Part shown: positions 56,358 through 64,000 of the stretch, piece after piece | Layout of the letters: every line of letters begins with the position of its first letter | Position numbering within the stretch: the stretch's first letter is position 1 | Virus record (IMG/VR): IMGVR_UViG_3300029288_000090 | Coordinates: 1-64,000 of that record | Strand: one strand, 5' to 3' | DNA: 64,000 bases | DNA from: a virus | Taxonomy: Duplodnaviria; Caudoviricetes | Program-made: the position numbers and the translations under genes | The notes under the pieces: model-generated | What the model saw: only the letters and a program-made list of their open reading frames with translations | What the model was told of the DNA's origin: nothing | Databases searched by the model: none

Positions 56358-56689
56358 ATAGTAGGTGTCCTTAAAGAAAGAACCTTAGCTTTACATTCTT
56401 CGCAACGTTCTGTTAGATCTAACAGATTTTTAAGTATATCAACAACACCTCTTTCAGGATCTTTAAATTCTGGCAGAGGAGAATTATGTTTGTATCCTCT
56501 TTTTGCTATCTCCTTTGCTAATTCTTCATGTCTGATTCTTATTTTAGCTGTATTAATCAATCCATTTTCGTAATATCCCTCAAGACTAGTTCCTCTATTT
56601 ATACATCCAACAATCATATGAAGTTCTACATGTTCTCCTAAAAGATGTTTTCGACACATAAACTGAGGATTTACTAGCCACATTCTCAT
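56354..56689 (-). CDS. Pyrimidine dimer DNA glycosylase / endonuclease V family protein
   Basis: MRMW.V.P..MCRKHLLGEH.ELH...RHEEL..E...RGYKH.SPL. Confidence 0.8.
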   Translation of the reverse strand: MRMWLVNPQFMCRKHLLGEHVELHMIVGCINRGTSLEGYYENGLINTAKIRIRHEELAKEIAKRGYKHNSPLPEFKDPERGVVDILKNLLDLTERCEECKAKVLSLRTPTI

Positions 56690-56718
56690 CTTATTCTATA
56701 TCCTCTTTTTGTTCTTTG

Positions 56719-57003
56719 TTATTCGAATCTATCTGTTTCATTTTGATATCCTGACGTTCTTGGACTGAAGCAAGGAGTTCCTGCTCCATTCAGGTCATGG
56801 GCGATAGTAATAGCAATTTGGGTTGTATTCAGATTCTTTTCCTTTGCAAACAGAATGAATCTTTTCATTGCCTCAACTGCTTCTTGCCCTTGCAGTTCTT
56901 GGAAACGGAGTAGGGCACATCCTATATCCATCATTTTCCAACCAAAAGGGTTAAGGTAATCTGCTAATACAAGTTCAAAATCCATTACATCATTCCTTAT
57001 CAT
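56719..57003 (-). CDS. Hypothetical protein
   Basis: Co-oriented; HDL.G....FSPRT C-terminus. Confidence 0.5.
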   Translation of the reverse strand: MIRNDVMDFELVLADYLNPFGWKMMDIGCALLRFQELQGQEAVEAMKRFILFAKEKNLNTTQIAITIAHDLNGAGTPCFSPRTSGYQNETDRFE

Positions 57004-57015
57004 TTTCTTTTCTCT

Positions 57016-57288
57016 TTAATACAACGTGTGTGACCACGAATAACCACATCTTTTACACGTAACTCCGATTCCACCTGAATCAGGACCACACCAACCACCA
57101 TCCTCTTCCAAATCGTGCCCTAAAAAACAGCAACGGGCTCCTCTCAAAAACTGCTTCAATGCAAACCAGTAAAAGTTCTCCTTGGTTCCATCCGTATAAC
57201 ATCCGTATTCAAAAAACTTCTTTTCTTCTTTTCCGAAGGATCTAATCCACAAATCCTTCAGGTCACTAAATGCTTGTCTAAATTTCAT
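57016..57288 (-). CDS. Hypothetical protein with C-terminal Zn ribbon
   Basis: GGAG RBS; C..GH...CKRCG; first gene after promoter. Confidence 0.55.
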   Translation of the reverse strand: MKFRQAFSDLKDLWIRSFGKEEKKFFEYGCYTDGTKENFYWFALKQFLRGARCCFLGHDLEEDGGWCGPDSGGIGVTCKRCGYSWSHTLY

Positions 57289-57333
57289 CTTCTTTTCTCC
57301 TGTACTAAAAACTAATCTTTTATCCTATACTTT

Positions 57334-57362
57334 ATTATAAGTTATAGTTTTATAAAACTCAA
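57334..57362 (-). promoter_or_regulatory. Sigma70-type early promoter
   Basis: TTGAGT-17 nt-TATAAT, identical to 46618-46646. Confidence 0.85.
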
Positions 57363-57386
57363 TGGAAATCTTAAAAAAGTACAGGT

Positions 57387-57472
57387 TATAACTCCTTATT
57401 TTACAAAGGTTTATAAAAAAGTATCCTTTTTATTTATTTTTAATAAAACTCTTTATTTTATAAGGAGTTATA
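57387..57472. repeat. Pair of 29-bp imperfect palindromes, locus C
   Basis: TATAACTCCTTATTTTACAAAGGTTTATA (57387) and TAAAACTCTTTATTTTATAAGGAGTTATA (57444). Confidence 0.85.
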
Positions 57473-57493
57473 ATCATATCCCTAGATGTGTTT

Positions 57494-57976
57494 TTAGGGC
57501 CCTTTTATACCCATATCTCTAAGCAATTCACGGATAGGGCCCGTCAGTGCTTCGTTTATGTCTTCTTTTAGGAATTGGATAGGTTTAAGTGGTTCTATTT
57601 GTGGATCAAATTTTGTTATCCCATCTTTTTCTAAAATAAAGACACTAAATTTTTTCATAAGAAGCTCAAACTTTTTACACAGAACTTGTTCTTTAGTATC
57701 AAAAACTTCTATTGGAATGCCAAGAAAAGTTTTAAGATATGTAGAAGGATACTTGTAATTTACTATTTCTTTTTGCTTTAAGAATAGTTTCTTCCAAAGG
57801 AACCAATTTTCTTTTGTGGAAATTATTACTCCACGTTCTTTGAATAGACTATCTAACATTAAAGATAGATGAGTTAGTTTCTTAAGATCAACTACAACTT
57901 CAGAAGAAGATGCTGAAGTAAAAGTAGCCTCTTCCCAAAACTCAAAAGGACAGGAATTCTTGTCTACATCTGGCAT
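57494..57976 (-). CDS. Hypothetical protein
   Basis: GGAGG RBS; TFLGIPIE motif. Confidence 0.55.
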   Translation of the reverse strand: MPDVDKNSCPFEFWEEATFTSASSSEVVVDLKKLTHLSLMLDSLFKERGVIISTKENWFLWKKLFLKQKEIVNYKYPSTYLKTFLGIPIEVFDTKEQVLCKKFELLMKKFSVFILEKDGITKFDPQIEPLKPIQFLKEDINEALTGPIRELLRDMGIKGP

Positions 57977-57991
57977 CTTCTCTAAAACCTC

Positions 57992-59164
57992 CTATCTATT
58001 TTTTAGTAACATAAAAAATTCATCTCTAACTATTTGTTTGTCTCTAAAAACACCTTCTACAGAACTTGTAATTGTTACTGCATCAGGTTTTTTAACCCCT
58101 CTCATTATCATACAAAAATGACGCCCTGAAATATGAACTGCAACTCCTTTTGGATTGATTTTTTGAAGTTGATTTGTAATATCTCGTGTTAGTTCCTCTT
58201 GTACAACTGGACGCTTAGCTAGTAATTCAACAAGTCTTGCTAGTTTAGATATACCTAATATTTGTCCGTTCGGAATGTATCCTAAACTAATTTTATATTC
58301 AACAGGAAGAAAATGATGTGGACACATTGAAAAACATTCAATATCTTTTAGTACGATCATTTCATCAGTATCAGAAGTAAAGGATGTTCCTAATATTTCA
58401 TTTACTTGTTCATTTGTATTCTTGACGCCTTCAAAAATTTCAGCATATGCTCTAGCAACTCGTTTTGGCGTTTCTTTAAAATGTTCACTAGAAAGATCCA
58501 ATCCATAATCTAGCTTTAATCCTTTTAGAATAAGATGCATTCCTCTTTCTACCTGACTTAAACCTACAAAACCTCCATGGACTCTTTGTAATTCATTATG
58601 AAGTTTGGAATGACATTTCTTGCAAAGTACAAGTAAATTTTCTAAAGAATGATTTCCTAATTCTGTTCTTGAACTATTCATATCTATATGATGAACAACT
58701 AACTTTTTAACGTCTGTTTCTCCACATCTTTGACATTTTTTTCCATAAAAGGAGAAAGCATTTTCTCGATAACTTTTTCCCCAAGGTTTTGATTTGGATT
58801 TTTTCATTTTTTCTATAGATTCTTTTGATTTTGGTTTTCCAATTTGTGCAAGTCTTCTTACCTTTATTTGTTCAGATTTTTTCATCTGATTACTTGCAGA
58901 ATCACTACGTCGTTTTTTCAATCTAATCCCTTCTTCATTTCCATGTATTTCTTCATATGTTTTATTTTTGAGTTTCTTTCCACGTAATTCTTTTAGATAT
59001 TTACAATCTATAGAAGAATTTGGGAAACTTAATTTATATTCTTTCATAGTTATGTTATGCATTGCAAGATGTGTACTAGATATTCTTCTCAACTTTTTTT
59101 TACATATCTGACAAACAACATAATCTCTTCTTAATATATGTTTACTCATTATTTTCTCCGTCAT
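57992..59164 (-). CDS. folE: GTP cyclohydrolase I fused to N-terminal Zn-finger/HNH endonuclease
   Basis: C-term: ETPKRVARAY, FSMCPHHFLP, GISKLARLV, R..VQEELT, HFCMIMRGV; N-term: CQIC..H...H and CQRC...VHHID...N...NLLVLCKKCH. Confidence 0.9.
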   Translation of the reverse strand: MTEKIMSKHILRRDYVVCQICKKKLRRISSTHLAMHNITMKEYKLSFPNSSIDCKYLKELRGKKLKNKTYEEIHGNEEGIRLKKRRSDSASNQMKKSEQIKVRRLAQIGKPKSKESIEKMKKSKSKPWGKSYRENAFSFYGKKCQRCGETDVKKLVVHHIDMNSSRTELGNHSLENLLVLCKKCHSKLHNELQRVHGGFVGLSQVERGMHLILKGLKLDYGLDLSSEHFKETPKRVARAYAEIFEGVKNTNEQVNEILGTSFTSDTDEMIVLKDIECFSMCPHHFLPVEYKISLGYIPNGQILGISKLARLVELLAKRPVVQEELTRDITNQLQKINPKGVAVHISGRHFCMIMRGVKKPDAVTITSSVEGVFRDKQIVRDEFFMLLKNR

Positions 59165-59606
59165 TTCTTAACTGATCTGTTATCTCATTTATTCTAATTA
59201 CGTTTTCTAACCATTTCAAATCAACTGGTGTATATGTTTCAGGTTTTAATACTTTTCCTCCTGCATCTTTATGGACTGTTCCGTCCTCCCAAACCTTAGT
59301 CATATTTGATCTATGAATGTCGTCAAATATTCTATCTATATCCAATCCCATCTCCATAGCCATTCCAAATGTAACATACAGAAGATCTCCCAAAGCATCT
59401 GCTATTTCAACAATATCTTTTCTCCGGACAGCATCTCCCAATTCTCCTACTTCAGAAGTTATCAAGGACAATCTTCTAATAAAATCTTTTGGATCTAATA
59501 GTGTAGGTTTGTAGCGGATTGGAAGATCAAAAGTTGTATGAAATTCAGCCATTTCTCTTACATACATACTGGATTCAACAGGGTCTCTAACATATCTTCT
59601 GTTCAT
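59142..59606 (-). CDS. MazG-like NTP pyrophosphohydrolase
   Basis: EFH..F, R..LI.SE.GEL, EIADALGDLLYV, IHRSNMTK, GKVLKP. Confidence 0.85.
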   Translation of the reverse strand: MNRRYVRDPVESSMYVREMAEFHTTFDLPIRYKPTLLDPKDFIRRLSLITSEVGELGDAVRRKDIVEIADALGDLLYVTFGMAMEMGLDIDRIFDDIHRSNMTKVWEDGTVHKDAGGKVLKPETYTPVDLKWLENVIRINEITDQLRNDGENNE

Positions 59607-60580
59607 AATATCTCCGTTTCTTCAATGAGTTTACTTAATGCATCTAAACCTTCTTCTCTTCCATAACTATCAGGATCATGATGTTTTGGAAACTGCACAA
59701 TTTTTATATTTTTAATATGTGCTTGAAACCTTTTTGCTTCTCTTCTGGCCTTCCAATAGGCATCTCCGTCCCAAGCTAAAACCAACTCCTGGAGTTGCTT
59801 ATTTAAGATTAGAATAGATTGTTCCTTGGTAATATGGGTACCAAATGTACAAACAACATCTTCAGTCAGTTTTTGGATTCTCCAACAATCTAAAATCCCC
59901 TCAGTAACTATTATTCTTGTTCTTTTAATTCTATCTAAATCATAAAGAAAGTCGTTAACTGAAGTTTCTGACATTTTATACTTTAGCCAGCTTCTTCCCG
60001 TCATGTCTGCTCCTACAAAAGAAACCATCTCACTTTTATAAAATATGGGAATAAGAAGTCGATGGGTCCATTCTCCTCCTTTTCCGAAAGAGCATCGATG
60101 TCTGACGCAATCCACCAGACTAAATTTCCTTTTTTCTAACCATTCTTCTAATAACGGATAATAGGTTGCAGGAGTTATAGTTTGTGTATGTTTTGGAAGA
60201 TCTAGAAGGGTTCTACTTTGTGGAAGAAATTGTTCATTAGGAGGGTTTAATATATCATTAATCCTGGATAAAGCAGAGGTTTCTTCTACTGTTCCTATTC
60301 CTAATGCTTCTTGATATTGTTCCCAAGTAACATCTGCAACTTCCTGTAACAGTTCAAAGAAAGAACCATAGGCCTTACATTTCCAGCATGTATAAAATCC
60401 TTTAGTTCTATGAATGCCTAAATGGTCAGAATCATCGTCACAAAACGGACAAGTCATTCCATAATAGTCAGAGGAGACGTTCTTTCCTTGTTCAATGTAA
60501 GGAACGTCAAAGGCGTCTAACATTTCTTTGATTTTATCAGGAGTCAGTTCGTTCTTAAGGCGTTTAGGTATTGATTCCAT
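59603..60580 (-). CDS. DNA primase (Zn finger plus TOPRIM)
   Basis: CPFC.D...HL......CWKC; RLLIPI; VTEGILD; WDGD; DPD. Confidence 0.85.
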   Translation of the reverse strand: MESIPKRLKNELTPDKIKEMLDAFDVPYIEQGKNVSSDYYGMTCPFCDDDSDHLGIHRTKGFYTCWKCKAYGSFFELLQEVADVTWEQYQEALGIGTVEETSALSRINDILNPPNEQFLPQSRTLLDLPKHTQTITPATYYPLLEEWLEKRKFSLVDCVRHRCSFGKGGEWTHRLLIPIFYKSEMVSFVGADMTGRSWLKYKMSETSVNDFLYDLDRIKRTRIIVTEGILDCWRIQKLTEDVVCTFGTHITKEQSILILNKQLQELVLAWDGDAYWKARREAKRFQAHIKNIKIVQFPKHHDPDSYGREEGLDALSKLIEETEIL

Positions 60581-60842
60581 ATTTCTTCTTCAATATTTTG
60601 TAATGTTGAGAAGCCGTAACTTCTAAGACTCCTCTCTCTCGACATTCCAGACAAGGAAACGTGCATGTATGATCTAGATCATCTTTTTCACTATAAAACT
60701 CAGCTCCATAGCAGTAAGGGCATGGGATCTTTCTTTTCTTGAAATAGTATTTATATATAGCATATACTGCACATACTAATAAACTTGAAAATACCATTAT
60801 CAAAATGATCACTGGCAATCTTCCTAAATTTTCGTTCATCAT
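60564..60842 (-). CDS. Membrane-anchored Zn-ribbon protein
   Basis: N-terminal TM helix, CPYC.G and CLEC...G. Confidence 0.55.
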   Translation of the reverse strand: MMNENLGRLPVIILIMVFSSLLVCAVYAIYKYYFKKRKIPCPYCYGAEFYSEKDDLDHTCTFPCLECRERGVLEVTASQHYKILKKKYGINT

Positions 60843-61129
60843 TTTAATCGTCCTCTATTTCTAATATATTCAAACCAATTCCCTCTGGAACGGATTCTGG
60901 GGAGAAATTCTTCCCAGTTGCTAGAAGAATACGCAATATTCTCCATCTCATCTATATGAGTGTCACTCCATCCAAACTTTCTTAAACGCTCTTTGAACTG
61001 ACTGACTAAAATCATAACATCTATTTCTAACAAATGTCCTACATTGGCGTAATCTCGGAATCGCTGTATAATTTGATGTTTATCAAACGGACTGACATAG
61101 CAGCAGGGCTTCTTACGTCGGATGATCAA
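60839..61129 (-). CDS. Hypothetical protein
   Basis: Coupled overlaps on both sides. Confidence 0.5.
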   Translation of the reverse strand: MIIRRKKPCCYVSPFDKHQIIQRFRDYANVGHLLEIDVMILVSQFKERLRKFGWSDTHIDEMENIAYSSSNWEEFLPRIRSRGNWFEYIRNRGRLK

Positions 61130-62801
61130 CTATGCCTCCTTTCATCTTGATGTATTCTAATATAGCATTTGTCGCTTTTGTCTCATCATCTCTATGAACA
61201 AAACTGATCTCTTCTGCAGAGTTTTTAACAACAATATCAATAATAATACATTGTTTGGTTTGAAATTCACGGAGTACTCTTCCCTCACATTGCTCTCGTG
61301 TTAAGCTCTTTTCCGCTTGTGCAAAGAAAATAACAATTCTGGAAACGACAAGTTCTAACGATTCTGAGCAACAGGACATTTGTCCTAAAAGAATTTGAAT
61401 TTTCTTATTATTTACAAAATTCTTATAGTTGGTAGATCGTTCTTCTTTTGAATCCTTTCCACGAATTGTAGTAAAATGATAATGGTTTTTCTTACACCAA
61501 TCGATCAAAAGGTCTCCTTCTTCAACATACTCAAAGAATATAATTACCTTTTCATCGATCTCTTGGAGAAGATATTCTAACTCTTTGAATTTGTTAGTAG
61601 GAACAGGAAAGGATCCTTTACTCCCATCAGGAGTTACTCCATAAATAAAACCACTACAAATCTGTTTTAATTTTTGTGGTTTGACTAAAGGTCCCTCAGT
61701 ATTGATTGTCAGATCTTTTAGATAAAGACAATCAGATTGTATAATCGATTCTTCTAACTTTAACTGTTCTGGTGTAGGGTCTACATTAATTCTCTTTCTG
61801 ACAGGTTCTTGAAGATCAATACATTCTTCTTTTGTATATCTGATACATGCAGAAGCTATCTTTTTTAAGATCTTTTCTTCACATCCTGATTTTAATTTCC
61901 ATTCAAATCCATATTGTTTAAAGTAAGCATTTCGGTATTTAAAGAAGTTGTTACCTAATGTTGCACCTAGGTCTATAACTCGCATAATATGCCACATTTT
62001 GAGAAGATTGGCGTCTTTGGTCCTTTTATTCAAAGGGGATCCTGTAAGGGCCACTAACTTTTTGGCTCTCCATGATAGTTGATAGATTATCTCAGATTGT
62101 TTACTAGCCTCTCCGGATGCTCTATGAACTTCGTCAAGATGAAGACAATTGAACTGATTCCCTATTCTATCATAGTTAATAACCCAGCCCTTCCAAAGTG
62201 GTTTTTTATCTTCCTCTTTTTTAGGTGTATAGGAGCATTTCTTATAGTGCTCCATGGCTTTTTGTTTGGCACTTCCTTCTTTGTCAGAATCATCCTGAGA
62301 GGTCCATTGAAGGGTACAGTAAGGACATTTATATACAAAATCTCCAAATATTGTTTTCAATCCCTCATATTGAATAATATAGTAATCAAATTCTTTTTCG
62401 AGACATAGCCTTCTTTCTGTAGTTGTTCCCTTAAGAAAAATGTACGAAAAGTCAGTATATTTAGATAAGTCTCTTTCCCATGCATCAAAGGAAGAACTTG
62501 GACCTACAACTAAATTTTTCTTACATCCCCACATCCAGGATGTCCAAATTGAGCATAAAGTTTTTCCAGTTCCAATTCCGTGAATAAACCCTACTCTATC
62601 TTTTTCAGAAGCAAAGCCAAGAGAAGCATATTGATGTTTTTTAGGGGTAGTCTTTGCAAACATAATAGGAGCTACATCTTGGAACAAATACTCAAGATCT
62701 TCTAAAGACAATAGTTTATAATCAAATTGACGGGTCTCAATAGAACGTCGCCTTTGAGAACCCACTTTAACTATCTTTCCATTTCTTTTAATAATACCCA
62801 T
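61113..62801 (-). CDS. SNF2-family helicase
   Basis: HQ, GTGKT Walker A, LDEVH, LTGSP, KVIIF, Q.EGRVLR motif VI. Confidence 0.85.
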   Translation of the reverse strand: MGIIKRNGKIVKVGSQRRRSIETRQFDYKLLSLEDLEYLFQDVAPIMFAKTTPKKHQYASLGFASEKDRVGFIHGIGTGKTLCSIWTSWMWGCKKNLVVGPSSSFDAWERDLSKYTDFSYIFLKGTTTERRLCLEKEFDYYIIQYEGLKTIFGDFVYKCPYCTLQWTSQDDSDKEGSAKQKAMEHYKKCSYTPKKEEDKKPLWKGWVINYDRIGNQFNCLHLDEVHRASGEASKQSEIIYQLSWRAKKLVALTGSPLNKRTKDANLLKMWHIMRVIDLGATLGNNFFKYRNAYFKQYGFEWKLKSGCEEKILKKIASACIRYTKEECIDLQEPVRKRINVDPTPEQLKLEESIIQSDCLYLKDLTINTEGPLVKPQKLKQICSGFIYGVTPDGSKGSFPVPTNKFKELEYLLQEIDEKVIIFFEYVEEGDLLIDWCKKNHYHFTTIRGKDSKEERSTNYKNFVNNKKIQILLGQMSCCSESLELVVSRIVIFFAQAEKSLTREQCEGRVLREFQTKQCIIIDIVVKNSAEEISFVHRDDETKATNAILEYIKMKGGIVDHPT

Positions 62802-62812
62802 AAAATTTTCTC

Positions 62813-63214
62813 TTATACCTTATATTCTATAAACCATTCATGAACGGCATTATTATTATAATCAATACTACGGTTGTAGTTAATGTTCGGACGGAGTTGA
62901 ATTAACTCTACTTTATCCCAAGAGCTAGAATGAAAGTGTTCTCCATCACGATATTTTTTCTCACATTGAGGAATAACACATAAACTTCTTCCATCAGGCA
63001 ATGTACAAAGAAATATTCTTGGTTCCGCTTCTTTTATTATTATATCTCCTTTCTTATAGTAAACATTGACGGGAGTACCTAATGTAGGAGGGTGTGCAGG
63101 ATATTTGACCTCTAGAATTACTTGTGCCCAAGATTTGATTAGTTCCTGATGTTCTGTGGAGAAGGAGAAACTGCTTGGTGTTGTAATAGTCAGTAACACT
63201 TCTTTTTTAAGCAT
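62813..63214 (-). CDS. Hypothetical protein
   Basis: Co-oriented ORF in dense operon. Confidence 0.5.
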   Translation of the reverse strand: MLKKEVLLTITTPSSFSFSTEHQELIKSWAQVILEVKYPAHPPTLGTPVNVYYKKGDIIIKEAEPRIFLCTLPDGRSLCVIPQCEKKYRDGEHFHSSSWDKVELIQLRPNINYNRSIDYNNNAVHEWFIEYKV

Positions 63215-63216
63215 AC

Positions 63217-63699
63217 TTAAGTTCCTTTTCTAAATAATTTTGCATAATACTTTATATACTCTTGTCCACTATAGTTTTTGATTTCCGCTGCTTGATAAAT
63301 AATAGAGATATACTCAACCATCTTCTTTACGGTCCACGCGTGGATATATTTTCCAGGTTCTTGAGTTACCTCTTCATTATGAATCCAAAAATCTTTCTCA
63401 ACAAATCCTTCATACTCTAACTCCCAAACTCTTTTTCTTCGTTTTATCCAGATCCAAACGTTGGGTTCATAAATTCGAGTAGGAAGACGAGCTATAGAAA
63501 TATGAAACCAATAAGGACATCGACAAATTCTCCCGTCTCCATCTTTATTTGGGCAGTATTCATTATTGTAGTAATTTACATCTCCTATTTGTAACCCAAC
63601 CAAAGCCAGACCTTCTGAAAAAGCATTGTATTGAACAAACGTTTCCAGAAGTCGTAAATCTTTTTTATCTAATAATTGTGTTGGTTTATCGTAACTCAC
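63217..63699 (-). CDS. Hypothetical protein
   Basis: AGGAG RBS; co-oriented. Confidence 0.5.
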   Translation of the reverse strand: MSYDKPTQLLDKKDLRLLETFVQYNAFSEGLALVGLQIGDVNYYNNEYCPNKDGDGRICRCPYWFHISIARLPTRIYEPNVWIWIKRRKRVWELEYEGFVEKDFWIHNEEVTQEPGKYIHAWTVKKMVEYISIIYQAAEIKNYSGQEYIKYYAKLFRKGT

Positions 63700-63712
63700 A
63701 AATATCTCCTTA

Positions 63713-63928
63713 CTACTTCTCCATAAGTTCTTTCATATCCTTCTTAATCTGTCCGTTCTCTCTACATAATCTACAAACGTACCACGTCCCATTTTTAGGA
63801 GTGTCAAAGCAGAATAGATCTTTAAACTTAACTTCATCATTACAAAAATCACAACTGGTAAGATGATCATCTGTATGATCTCCAAGAGTCAAAGATCTGA
63901 ATTTAATCATCCTCTTCCTCCTCTTCAT
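63713..63928 (-). CDS. Small Zn-finger protein
   Basis: CDFC...CRLC. Confidence 0.5.
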   Translation of the reverse strand: MKRRKRMIKFRSLTLGDHTDDHLTSCDFCNDEVKFKDLFCFDTPKNGTWYVCRLCRENGQIKKDMKELMEK

Positions 63929-64000
63929 CTCTCTTATCAGAAGGATCTGGAGGAAACCAACTGTCTGTACAAACTTGGCCTATGTCCAAATTCTGTTTTA

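Noticed and set aside
2984-63866. Numerous short antisense or nested ORFs in the ORF track (e.g. 3839-4204, 8160-8507, 45747-46085, 54613-55035)
   Set aside because: They lie within well-supported genes on the opposite strand or in another frame, lack RBSs and have no recognisable motifs.
1-64000. Stop-codon reassignment as seen in some large phages
   Set aside because: Genes are full length and densely packed in the standard code, with TAA, TAG and TGA all used as stops.

Overview
A 64 kb segment of a large, AT-rich, T4-like myovirus genome in the standard genetic code. It has two convergent halves that meet at back-to-back terminators near 41.9-42.0 kb. The + strand (1-41887) is a tightly coupled late arm: probable capsid-internal polyproteins (one carrying a Pol-beta-type nucleotidyltransferase), neck and decoration proteins, and a contractile tail module (terminator, sheath, two tube paralogs, chaperone, tape measure, baseplate, spike, PAAR, fibre). 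Directly after the tail genes comes a ~19.5 kb glycan-biosynthesis island. It has 11 glycosyltransferase-like genes (7 paralogous), GDP-mannose dehydratase, a ThDP-dependent E1alpha/E1beta pair with no E2/E3, atypical SDRs, an RmlC epimerase, a cupin and three methyltransferases, one a B12 radical SAM. The best candidate for an undescribed system is this island, read as a phage-encoded pathway making a branched, methylated glycan probably attached to the virion (inference). The - strand (42016-63928) carries early and replication genes: sigma factor, DUF932, DenV-like glycosylase, an HNH-FolE fusion, MazG-like protein, primase, SNF2 helicase, and a large secreted dockerin-like protein hinting at a Planctomycetota host. 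Non-coding highlights: six copies of a 29-bp palindrome paired at three sigma70 promoters, a gene cassette bracketed by a perfect 14-bp inverted repeat, and a three-way-junction RNA candidate. All family calls come from motif recognition by eye; no searches were run.
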